Below are positions 10,902-22,370 of a DNA stretch of 64,000 bases, in pieces. The notes beneath the pieces were generated by a model that worked only from the letters and a program-made list of their open reading frames with translations, was not told the DNA's origin and did no database searches. Where the stretch lies: NCBI GenBank assembly GCA_024346625.1, contig AP024665.1:1984001-2048000 (forward strand), read 5' to 3'. The position numbers and the translations under genes were made by a program. Source of the DNA: Williopsis jadinii (taxonomy: Eukaryota). The stretch's first letter is position 1. Every line of letters begins with the position of its first letter.

Positions 10902-12887
10902 TCAGTTACCAAGCTTCTCCAAGACATCCTTGGTTCTTGATTGGAATAATCTCTCTTCTTGGTCAGGTCTACCCAACATACTAGCAAGAACATCCAAATA
11001 TGGAGCCTTATCACCCTTACCGTAGTTTTGAATAATGTCGCCAAAGTAGTTGTTGTAAAAATCACCATTGAAGTTACCTAAAGAGGAGTTGATAATCTCG
11101 TCTGGGTATTTGAATGCATCGGTCAGGGCAACCAAGTGTGGTCTAAGCTGAGCAAACAAGCCCTTGATAGCTGTCTGAATCTCACCCAATTTTGATGGCT
11201 GGAAAGAGTTAAATTGTAAAAAGACTCCAGAGAACTTATCGACAAAGTACAAAGAGTACAGCTTGAAAATAGTGATAGCAATCTCCTTCTCTTGTCCAGT
11301 CAACTCACCTGATTGAATACGTTCGAGGAAAGCAGTAAGGAGGTAGTAATTGGAGTGGAACTTGGAAAGGAGCAAACGTTCTTGAGAAACCAGTTCCCAG
11401 TTGCCTTTGTAAATGTTCAAAGCGTGTTGTGCAACCTTTTGAATGATGGCAGCCCAGATAGTGATGTAAGATCTCAAATCTGAGAAGTCCAAATCAGCAG
11501 GCAAGTTTTCACCCAAGTAGGCAAAATCTTCACCAATCTTCTTACCCTTTTGTGCTGCTTGGTAGTACTTGATGATGGATCTACCAGCGTTGATGGCCAG
11601 AACGTTGTTGTCACCTTCCCAAGTTTGTTGGACAGACCAGTCCTGGAAAGCACGACCTAGACCAGAGTAGGCATGATATCCATGACCACCACATGCTTGT
11701 CTAGCCTCATCGATCAACTGAGAAATCAACCAAGTGTTTGTAGATTTCAAAGAGGCAGAAGCAACAAACAGGTCCTTCAATTCGGTGATGGACTTCTTGA
11801 TGTTCTTTGCAGCGTACAAATCATTCAAGATACGGTTGTAACTAGCCATGAGCTTTTGAGAACCCGGTCCAAGCAAGTAAACTAGAGACAAGTATGGCAA
11901 CAAACGGTACTGATGAAGAGTATAATCGATCAGTTGAGTCTCTTTACCAACCTCACCAAATTGTTCTCTACCAATGGAGTATCTCAGAGCAATCGTGATG
12001 TATCTGGCACCATGTCTGTGGGAATCCAAAACCATACTGACACGACCTTGGAGCAAAGCAGAGTAGGAGATTTGCTCCAATGGTGTCAAGTTGACAGTTC
12101 CATCTGGATCAATGGTACTAAACTTCTGCAACATATACTCTCTTGGGATTTCCACATTGTTGAATTGGATCCAACCATTGTCAATGGCATCTCTACCCAT
12201 CTTGGAACCAATATCACCAATAGAGACACCAGGAAGCAAGTCAAAGTTTGAGTCTCTCAACTGAACTACAAACACCTTGACACCGTAATCCTTACCACCA
12301 GAGATCAACCTAGCATAAACTGCAGCGTGGTTTGAAGAGTGCGCAGCGCCACCAATCCACCATTTTGTTGCAGCCAAGTTTGGCGTGTTGATGGTGAACG
12401 TTTGTCTCTCCGGGTTATAAGTTGCTGTCGTCTCCAAACCAGCAACGTTAGAACCATGGCCCAGCTCGGTCATGGCAAAGCACCCGTAGATTCCTCTCAA
12501 CTTCAAAGTACCTCTCTCTTTGAGCCAGTAGTCAATCTGGTCATCGGTACCGTTACCCTTAATGGCGTTACAGAATAGCGCCAGGTTGATACCAACTCTG
12601 GTGGCGACGGCTGGGTCAGACACTGAGAGTAAACTCAGCCTGTTCTCAAACTCCTCAAAGCTCTCATTCTCAATGTAACTGGACAAGCGCTTAACCTTAT
12701 GCGCACAGAGCTCTCTCAACTGCGGCTTGGTCAAATCGTAGTAGCTTTTCGAAGTGACAAGCACCGGGTCGTTGATGATCTGCTGGTAGATGGCAGCGGT
12801 GTTCTTGTGATCCGGGTCCAGGAACGCGTTGAGACTGTCGACACTGAGCGTTTGCTGAGCCCTTTCCTTTTGCAAATTGTTGGTCAT
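10902..12887 (-). CDS. POX1: Peroxisomal acyl-CoA oxidase (POX family)
   Basis: 661 aa with GCFAMTELGHGSNVAGLETTATY, KWWIGG, RQACGGHGY and the catalytic TWEGDNNVL motif. May be a paralogue rather than the strict POX1 orthologue. Confidence 0.92.
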   Translation of the reverse strand: MTNNLQKERAQQTLSVDSLNAFLDPDHKNTAAIYQQIINDPVLVTSKSYYDLTKPQLRELCAHKVKRLSSYIENESFEEFENRLSLLSVSDPAVATRVGINLALFCNAIKGNGTDDQIDYWLKERGTLKLRGIYGCFAMTELGHGSNVAGLETTATYNPERQTFTINTPNLAATKWWIGGAAHSSNHAAVYARLISGGKDYGVKVFVVQLRDSNFDLLPGVSIGDIGSKMGRDAIDNGWIQFNNVEIPREYMLQKFSTIDPDGTVNLTPLEQISYSALLQGRVSMVLDSHRHGARYITIALRYSIGREQFGEVGKETQLIDYTLHQYRLLPYLSLVYLLGPGSQKLMASYNRILNDLYAAKNIKKSITELKDLFVASASLKSTNTWLISQLIDEARQACGGHGYHAYSGLGRAFQDWSVQQTWEGDNNVLAINAGRSIIKYYQAAQKGKKIGEDFAYLGENLPADLDFSDLRSYITIWAAIIQKVAQHALNIYKGNWELVSQERLLLSKFHSNYYLLTAFLERIQSGELTGQEKEIAITIFKLYSLYFVDKFSGVFLQFNSFQPSKLGEIQTAIKGLFAQLRPHLVALTDAFKYPDEIINSSLGNFNGDFYNNYFGDIIQNYGKGDKAPYLDVLASMLGRPDQEERLFQSRTKDVLEKLGN

Positions 12888-13995
12888 TGTGTGTTTCTCT
12901 TTCTCTGTGACTAAACGAGTTACAGAAAGAAGACGCCTTCACCAGGGCAGATCCATCATATTTATACCAAGGTTGGGCTAGCCGGAGCCACCGTGTAGAT
13001 GCTCCCGTCTCCCTCTCCCTCTGGCAAATTCTGCTTAGCTTCGTCTCTTGTCGCCCCGCGCGCTACGGTGGTTTATGCGGAGTAAAAACTGACACTTTAA
13101 AGCCTTGTGCCTCGGTTACGCGGTTTCTTGTGCGTTTTGTGTGTGCACAAAGTATTGGGGGAGCGTAGGAGACGGAAGGAAAAGTTCGCGAAATTTCTGG
13201 GGTTTTGCGTGTGTTTTCCCACTACCACTGGTTTTCGTCTTAGGCTCTACGCAGTAGAGAAACAGGGGCGCTGATTACATAAACGCAGTTGCCCCGGATG
13301 CTGACGAAGAGCAGTTGAAACTACCGAGGAGTTTTGTTTCCAACCCCAACGACGGTGCCCACCATCAGCGTTGGGAGAGAGTGAATATCGTACCATTGCA
13401 ATGAACCCCAATCAACATGGGCAGCCTGGGCCGATAAGGATGAAGAGCAAGCGCTTGAGTGGGAGATCGGTACAATTCGTCGATGTGGTCTGATTTTGGG
13501 AACAATATTTGAAGCAAGAGCCCTGTGGAGAAAACTCAAGTAAGAGACTTCTCAAAGGAGCTTGAAAATAATAAACTTAGCTGACCACTTACTGGGTTCA
13601 GGGTTTGCAAGTCATCAACTTCGATTTAGAGTGGATAAAAAAGAAAGAACATTTCTTGACCGTTAGGAAACAGCTGCGCGATTTGTTCGAAAATGGTAAA
13701 CGCACCAAAATACCGAAAGAAATCAGCGGGCGAAAGATTTAGACGTCGACGTGGAAAAATGCGGGGAAACACATCCGGACACCAATGCTCATGGAGTCCT
13801 GGACATGAGGGACATGGGGGGCAAACTCGATAGACCGAAAGACATGAGATGTTTAAGCGTTTTAGGTAATACCCAGGGTGGTCTGACGATTAATTTGGCT
13901 AATGCCCTAGGATCAGTCACTTGTCGTTCATGAAAATGTGCCATTTTGTGCTCCCCTTGGAAAGTGGAAGAGACAGCAAAAAGGTAGCGATTTCT

Positions 13996-15230
13996 TTAGA
14001 GGACCATGAACGCAGTCCTTGTGTGTGTGTCTATTGAGATGTGGTAAAAACATTCGATGAGGATGTTGCGCACGCCGTTGACGTCGCGGTCGACAAACAG
14101 GTTGCAATAGGCACAGCATGCGGTGCGGTCGGCCAAAGACAGTGTGCCATTTACTGTCCCGCAGTCGGTGTATGTCTTGCTCGTGTACTCTTCAGTCATT
14201 CTCGAGAGGCGTGTCCCCGTGACTTGACATTTGAAGGCCAAACTCTGGTAAAAGGCTTAATGCGAGCACATCCTCAAGTTTTTGTTCATCCGGCGGTTCC
14301 TGTTCATGCTTACCAATTCTTAACTTTCAAATGGTGGTAGCACGATGTTTTCGTAGGATGATGTTAGATGTCTTATGATTCGCCAATGATTGTCAGCCAC
14401 TATGTCTGTTATTTTTTGTACAGTTTACGGCATTGCTTTGATTTCCTCGCGGCCTGTATCATGCCTATCTTCTTCTTTAACGCCATTACTTTATCCCTGT
14501 GCAATGAGAAATGAAAGGACACCCCAGTTGGAGAATACCCAGTGATGAAGTGCTTGCTGCCGGGGTCCAACGCCACGATTTCCCCTCGAGAGCCGTGAAT
14601 GTTGTTCTTCTTCGACAGGGATCATGAGAAGGAATCTGCGCGACAAGCGGTTGAAGTGCAGTTTAACGTCGTGCTTAATTTCCAGGTTATCCGTGTCATG
14701 CCGTTGACGTTTTTCAACTTTAAACTGCTCTTTCTTCGTAATGATGGGGAAAAGGAGCTTGTCAAATGTCCGTTTGTATGCTTCGTAGAATGTTCCTTGC
14801 GGGAAGGGTTTTAATTTTAAGGCTTGAATTACCCATATCGGACGCTTTTCCTGCCATAAATCAGTTTTGCTATCATTTTGCTGGTCCTTTTCGTGCCTTG
14901 ACAGCAGTTTCACATTTGGGGCAAGAGTCTACAAAAGGGCACCTTTTTGCGCAACTGTTGTAACCCTTTGCGGGTATTGGCGGACTCAGCCAGAAGAAAT
15001 GAGCTTATCGTGATACCGCAACGGAAAAGAGTGCGGCTGATGCAAGGACTCAGCGTCACTGCTTCGGACTGTGTTTCCCAGCAAACTTGACCAGCTTGTT
15101 TAGAATATAGACTGTCAACCGTGTGTTGAGCAGTTGAAGGCTGTTCGAAGACAACCGTTATAGATGGCTTTACAAAACGTATCGTCAAACTCACGGTGCT
15201 AATTACAAGGCGTATATCTTAGCTAGTTGG
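13996..15230 (-). pseudogene. Decayed Fanzor2 / IS607-TnpB-like RNA-guided RuvC nuclease gene
   Basis: Minus-strand translation stitched across frames: TFCKAIYNGCL (N-terminal helix, about 15180-15148); IKHDVKLHFNRLSRRFLLMIPV; frameshift near 14610; RGEIVALDPGSKHFITGYSPTG (RuvC-I Asp 14567-14565); KLYKK, frameshift near 14412, ITDIVADNHWRIIRHLTSSYENIVLPPFES*; SH*AFYQSLAFKC; MTEEYTSKTYTDCG; CAYCNLFVDRDVNGVRNILI (RuvC-III). In-frame stops at 14322-14320 and 14259-14257. The 5' boundary is approximate. Confidence 0.9.
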
Positions 15231-18200
15231 AGGACAGGAGAGCAAGAGTTGGAATGCAAAATGGAAGCCATTTCTAGAAATAGAATTTTTTTCCTGACTC
15301 GAACTCCACACTCACCAGAAGTTGGGTAAGTCGAAGTGACAGATTATTGGACCCGTATACGAAGTGGTTTCGCTTTAAGGTCGCATACACATATATCTAG
15401 TCACTGAGTTATTATTTGCTTGTTCCAAGTGCATTCATGTACACTTTCACTTCATCCTGTGAACAACGTGTGCCGCATAATATATGGAAAATCCATGCCG
15501 AGTTAGTTTAAAGTTATCAGTATATATGGCAAGCAGTTACCGTACAGTTTGAAGTTCGTCATCATGCAATTAATATGCTTGATGTCTTTATAAAATTAAC
15601 TTTCAGCTTACCAAGACTTTAATACGATCTAAGGCAAACCTTCATGACATGTATGACCAATATGAACAATCCAATTGCATGTTCATACACAGGATGAAAT
15701 GCTATACGAACTGTAACCTGGACTACAACCATCAAGAAGTAACAGGAGCATGTGTATGCAGGCGATGGGGTACAGAGAGTTCTTAAAGCCATGACGTTAG
15801 AGGAGATACATATTTCTAACTGTTGACAATTTTTCTCGAGTACATACTTATGGCGGAACAGTAATGTCTGAGTCTAAGGTGGTTATGGCGCCCAATTATT
15901 CAAACCTCACACCAGTGCGTCCAATCTGCTCACCGTGTGTACCAAAGCAGATTGCAAAGGGATGTGCTTATACATTGGGTGGCTTATCTTTCGAGCTCTA
16001 GAGGATGTGTGCAGACTTTCAAGGACATGCACCTACAATATACCCATTACATGCGGGTTGCTGTATCAGGTGTGATTAATCCAGTCCGAAATGCTCCAGA
16101 AAGTTCACAGAATCACAAGGTACGACTAATGAGTCAACGTAAATCATTTGATCCATACCTTATGGAAAAGTGGCAGAGCCAATTAATAGACATCATTAAC
16201 CTGGAACTCCTTATTTGTTGGAGTAATGAACATCAGATTCACAGGCTTCAAAGTATATGCAAACCAGATAGTAGATAAGCATACAGTATTTTTTGTCCCA
16301 TAATGATCAACTATTGAAGTGAAAAAAAAAAACAGAGCCACAATAGAAAAATCAACCACGTCTGCTGTGTCTTACGAACCGATGCATTTGAATATACAAC
16401 GACTACGGCATAACATATGTTGCCTCCTAAACTAGTCAATACATTATGTGATTGCATATCATTCGGGCTTGCATCTAACATCGAACATGCACTTTAAAAA
16501 CTTTTTCAGTTGGTTAAGTTAGAATTAACTCATCAATTACGCATATGAGCTGCAAAAGCAAAGAACAAATAGCGTGTGCTCAAGTTTCTATATGTTTTAC
16601 GCATATTCCGCCTCCATAGATGGTACCGTATGCACTATGCATCAAAAACCATCATTCAAATGCAATAGTTACAACTACCTTTATCACCATCACTATGGCG
16701 ACCCCAATTTTTCATCATTCAAAGTGATGCACACGACGTTGGCGAGTGGGGACAACTTTCGGAATATATTGTCATGATCCACATTTGTTTGTGGAACGGA
16801 CAGTCAGAATCAAAACCAAGTTAACCTCATGTCCTACAGCTTTTTTTAAGAGGAGCATACAAGCTCAAATAATGCTAGCACGTCTTCTCTCCCTGTGTGT
16901 ACGTGAATCATTTTGGTTCAATTTGAGTTTGGAACCGTAGAATTAAAGCGGCATAGATTATGCCCGCAACAATGCCCCAAAATTGAGTGGGGTTTCCAGC
17001 GGGAAACCTTAAGCGTTAAGAAAGCATAGAAGAATACACCAACGACATCTAAGTTACAAGCCCGTTTGTAAGCGACAGCTCAACTTGAGTCTGTAAATCG
17101 CTTTTACCTTGCCATTTTGTATCAGCTTGGGAAATGTAGCATATACTCATCAGCGGATGTGCATTTATGTGTAGACATGTGCTCATACATGCATAATTTC
17201 AGTTTGACAATCAAGCCTTTTCTCGGAAAAAACATCCAGCCAATGTCTGGCTTCTCACCACATTCAACATGGATATATGTAGTTGGGAGGTATGGGTGAT
17301 CAAATGGGTTGGGGTTTGAGGTACTCCAGCAGTTTTTTTAAAGTGAACTATAGTTTGTAAGCCAGCAAATTTGTTGGCACGCAAGATGTATGTCTATCAG
17401 CCATGGAAACACTTAACTGAGTGCTATCATCATTACGTTGAAATTCGAATAGTCCTTGGTAATATCAGAATGGAAAATTAGACTTTAATACGTTCTAGGT
17501 TCCACCAGTCTATCTTTCATGCAAAAAATTTGTTTCATTCGAACCATAGCGAACATTGGGGTCTACAAACAGTTGGAATAATGTATAATTATTCCAGTAT
17601 TATAAGTCATGCTGTCTAAGTGGTCATCCCTGTAGAGATTATTCAATACATATCATTTCAATCGGATATATGTCTTCTACAATGAAGTGTAAAGAAACTT
17701 GCCGTGATTGACAATGATTTATTCTGCGTGTTAAGTTCATACTGATCTGATTAAAGCTCGTGCAATATATAAGGTTCTAGAGCTACCAAAAGCTTTCTGA
17801 ACTAAGGTCGTCTCTGAGATAAATATAGTACTCAGAGCTCACCTGGTATCTGAGTAGAGGTAGGGCTTCATAAATCGCCATGTATGCATTGTGGTAAGGA
17901 CATCCTGCAAAAAAACACAAGGAGTGCTTTTGGACGCCATGTTATAAGGTCCTCTGTTCCAAACCAAGCATATGTACAAAAGATGTAGAATACATTTGAA
18001 TAATCCAACATATCATGGTGGCGCACTTTGAGCTCATCAATGGAAACCTGTTAATTGATGACTTATGCTGCTCTTACATCTTCAAACCTTATCTGAAAAT
18101 CTGTAGTAGCAGAGTCAGCATTGGCTTTTCCAATCAGAAAATAGAATAATAAAGTTAGATGTTTTATGCGAGGAAGCCATATTTGAGTTTGGGGCCTAAA

Positions 18201-20170
18201 GGCTGCAGCTTCTACTGCCATGAACATCAACTTACGTCACCTTGGCACGACATTGAACTTTGGAGCTTGAAGCTTGAGGTCGCTATCCACTCACTGGCGG
18301 ACACCGATGTTTTAAATCATACCTTCAGCTATATACACTTAACACCAAATGTACAAAAATATACCAGAAACGACCCTAGCTAGGATGCTGTGATTATGGT
18401 CAGCGAACAGATGACCGTTTTTTTGGGGCATGTTTTACGTATGGGTTTATCCAGTACTGTTCGCTGGCAAAGTCTATCAGCGTCATGCGGAATCGCTGGC
18501 TCTGTGTTTAAAATCGTACCGCTGAAATGCAACCACTGGCGGAAGGGAATTGAGAATGCCGTATTATCTTCAAAATGTTTCAAGGTGTTGTGTCTTTATG
18601 CTTGTAAGCCGTGAATGCCCTCAGACTGTGGTTAGAGGTTTGTCAATGCACAAAATGCATATTTGTACATGAAAATCGACAAATGATTTAAATGCAGGTG
18701 GCAAACTGGGCATACCATTGACAACTTCAATTACGAATGGTACATATAAAATATGAGGACGATATGCTACATGTATTGTCACTATGCTTTTACCGGTTAT
18801 GAAACATGGTAGGCATGAAAATAATAAGACTCCACCCAACAAATTTTCAAGTAGCACCGTACCTTCATATTTTCAACGATGCACTTCCACTGCCGCATTT
18901 TGTACTGATATTTATTTCGGCAGCCACAGGAATCAATTTGCCAATTACAATGCGCTACACATTGATAAATGAATAGTTAGTTAGTCGGGGACTACGAGCG
19001 TTTAGATTCGACAGTATTATTATAAAAAGGGTGGGGTCCAATTATGAAAAACTAACGATAAAGCGCATTGAACTCATTAGATAAGTTGGTTCTGGACCTG
19101 TCATTGTTTGCAAGTCCTCTTATGACCGTCGGTGTTCACGGTAAAAAAAGTTACAAAAGAATACCGGTGACTCAGAAGTTAGACATCCTGAGCTCTGTGG
19201 GTTTTGGATAGGTTCATGCTGGTTTCTGTATAGACTCTGCGTCCTATGCACCTCAAACCTCAGACAAAAAGTCTAAACCAAAAGCATATTTGAAACTGGT
19301 CCAGGGACCTTATTCACTACAGCCATTGAGTGTGTGAGCTATACGGTGGACATACTACAACAACCCCCTCCAACTTTCAGCAATGATGATGTAACATTTC
19401 TCATGGCTGAACCAGTAGAACATAAAACTTGAAACATATGGTTCCACCTAAGCTTCTCATTGGTTCAGAAGAATGTAATTTAGTATAGTCTAAGACCACA
19501 AGCGCGTATTTACTATTGACATGAAATAGATTGGTTGCAGCGTTCTTGTCCATCAAATAACACTCATACTAGCTGATTGATCTAGACCATGTTCTGGTCT
19601 CATAAGCACTGTATTTGCTTTAAAAAACATATTCATTTTGAGCTTACCCTAGTTTCTTGTTTGTAAGGGTTTCATGTGCGCTGTGTGCACCTATGTAGTA
19701 TGTACTATAATGTCAGTATCTAAGCATGGGTATAAAGCCAGCTTCTTAGAAAACCGCCTCAGAATAGGAGTCCGATACGCATTGAGTAAGAAGCTCCGAC
19801 TCGTTCCTAATAGAACAGTTTGATTCATTCTAGGTTTTCCAGCCTTGACAAGAGAATTAAGTGAGATGGATATGCCCACATAACTTAAACAAAGTTCATG
19901 GAACTATCTGTATCTAGATGATAGAGTATTTACCGATCGGGATAGAATTGTCGCTTATTTTAAAATTTGAAAGCCCAAAAATACAACTCTGCTGCTGGTT
20001 GCAGCGCATTTTCTTTAATGATGCAATAAGCACTGGGTGTCAGATTACGTGCCATTTGCTTTCAGACAATATTCAAACATGTTTCAAAAGGTCAATACGA
20101 TCACTACATCTTTCAATGGACACTACAGAGCTTGTCAAAGCAGCAAATATACATGTATTGCCATCCTTCT

Positions 20171-20773
20171 TCAATTTAGTAGCTTCTTAAGTGAGCTCAC
20201 TTTCTTTCTTCTCTTGCGATCCTTCTCTAAACCCATAAGTCTTCTCCATCTAAATTGACAACCACTAGCAGTTCGAGAGTTGAAGTGCATCGCAATTTCT
20301 CTCCAGCCCAAGTGTTTCTCCTCTTTCAAGTGACGTAGAAGTCGATCATCATCGGTGCTCCATAGACTGTACTGTTTGGGCTTGTCAAATTCCGCAAGCT
20401 CAAGACCAGCTTGGCCGTGTGGAAAATTGGATGGCATAAATGTAATGTAGCCGTTTTGAGTCTGTTGTGTATGCTGTGGGATACGTGATTGGTAATGACG
20501 TGATATGTAAGGATAAGGGTAATTTGGAAACTGGACAGTTGTATTCATAGCCAGCGGTGTCTGTGGTGAGTACTGTGCAAATGAGGGAACTTGTGGAGTG
20601 CTATATGGTGCGTGGGAGACTGGAACCATGTACTGCTGTTGTGTATAAGGTGGACTGTCCAGTATTAAACTGGTAGAGCTGTTTGCCATTGGAACATCAT
20701 GTGGAGGTATGGGAAATGACTCTTTAAGGCCAGGTAGCTTTATCTTCTGAGGAGCGTTGTAAGTAATCGACAT
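20171..20773 (-). CDS. Small single-Myb/SANT-domain protein, Dot6/Tod6-type Myb repeat
   Basis: 200 aa with a P/Q/S-rich N-terminus, then WSTDDDRLLRHLKEEKHLGWREIAMHFNSRTASGCQFRWRRL and a basic NLS-like tail. Confidence 0.8.
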   Translation of the reverse strand: MSITYNAPQKIKLPGLKESFPIPPHDVPMANSSTSLILDSPPYTQQQYMVPVSHAPYSTPQVPSFAQYSPQTPLAMNTTVQFPNYPYPYISRHYQSRIPQHTQQTQNGYITFMPSNFPHGQAGLELAEFDKPKQYSLWSTDDDRLLRHLKEEKHLGWREIAMHFNSRTASGCQFRWRRLMGLEKDRKRRKKVSSLKKLLN

Positions 20774-22370
20774 CGTCTACAACAATCAATCAAAGTATAT
20801 GACTAGTCCAAGCACCAGAGAGGAAAGATATGAGGTTAAAATCAACAAATTTATATAAAAAAAAGCAGAGTCGAGAACAAGACAGTTAATGTCCATGAGG
20901 CAAACAATATTTCGAAGCTTAAAAAAGTTGAAATTTCCAAGCGGTATGCATCCATGAGTGTTACGGCATCACGCTCTTGGGCACACACTCAACACAGCAG
21001 GTCGTACATATTATAACCAGCTAGGCGTACTTAAAGTTATAACCAATATGCGCCTTTTCATATTGACCCATCACTAATATCCCTAGTTCCCCAGTTCTTG
21101 TTCCATTTCCTCCTTCCTTCACTTGGTTCTCTTTGGTGCTCTTTGGTCTCTCCGCGCCCCCTTAATCGATTCAATATCAACCTTCGGCTCTTTAATCCAA
21201 ACTAAAAAAAACCGTGCTGCACACTGCACGGCAGACTATGGAGCACAAAACTTTAAAGTGTTGTGCGTTGTAGTTTTTATAACTCCTTGCGCACACGCAC
21301 TCTACATTTTCCCTCCCTCTCCCAAGCGCTCCTGCAGTTTTAAAAAGTTGCTGTTGTCGGTGATGATCCTTTCTTCTGCTGTGCTGTTCACACGTCCACT
21401 CTACCACAATTTCGGCGCCGTCATAGATGCCATACAGGATGCTCGAAATGAGCCCCGAGAATGCACGCCATTCAACTATGCATAGCTCGTATATATTTGA
21501 ACACTGAAACACATATTCTATGTGCCAAGCACTTAATTGGCTAGTAGCAGTTGCGATTTTTCTCTCCATCTTTAGAGCAAAGCAATGTTCGACCAGTAGT
21601 TTGTCGCTACCTCATAGCTTTTTCTCTTGCAATCGTTCCCCATTGGCAGCTGTATGTACGTTCCTATTTTCTGGAAGAATACCAGTGCGTAATCATGCAG
21701 CGAGTACCTCAAAAGCCAAACTCAAATCAAATTTTATTCAGTAACACCCAGACATTTTCACGGCCGAACTACACAGGAGCCGCATTTCTGTGGATTAACG
21801 TCTCTTGCATATCTTGGTGACACAAAACCGACGCAGCCCCTCAAACTATATCACACAGCGTGATTGTGAAACAGGCAAGTACGCATGTATCGTGTTGTTT
21901 TGCTCCAAAGAGATTGGCTATTGATATTAGAGCACGTACCTATACAACCCATATGCTATAAGGTGGCTAATTTGTATACGACCATGACCTACACGCCGAA
22001 CACTCGCATTTCAAAGGAGTATGCACTGGTAATCGCTAAGTTAAAAGATCCACGGATGATCAGGGACTGCACTTGGACGCGGCACTGGAAATATTCTTAT
22101 GTACTCGCAACGACTTGTCTGTTCATTTTATTACACCTTACCCTTACATGTTTTCGACACTTCTGTCGTATTGTCTTCTTTTTGACAAAGTACAGTGAGT
22201 ATGACCGATCTCAAGGGAGAAACAAATGAAAGAGAGTGGATTGGGCTCATGAAAGATGCTGCGTCCCTCTTTTGATTTGCATATCTCTGGGGGAATTGCT
22301 AACAGTCCGAGTTGCAGATTACTAACCCTACCAAGGGCATGTTGAATTAGTATTCCTTACCGATAATCAC

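Noticed and set aside
14041..14963. Plus-strand ORFs over the Fanzor relic (14041-14340, 14599-14814, 14766-14963)
   Set aside because: Antisense to the Fanzor frames; no serine recombinase or Y1 transposase motifs.
17097..17112. GCTTTTACC resembling U5 snRNA loop 1
   Set aside because: Does not match the invariant GCCTTTTAC loop, and no enclosing stem was seen.
17574..17857. Short inverted repeats TGGAATAAT/ATTATTCCA and TACTCAGA/TCTGAGTA
   Set aside because: Arms of 8-9 bp in AT-rich DNA are expected by chance, and no element structure or target-site duplication was seen.
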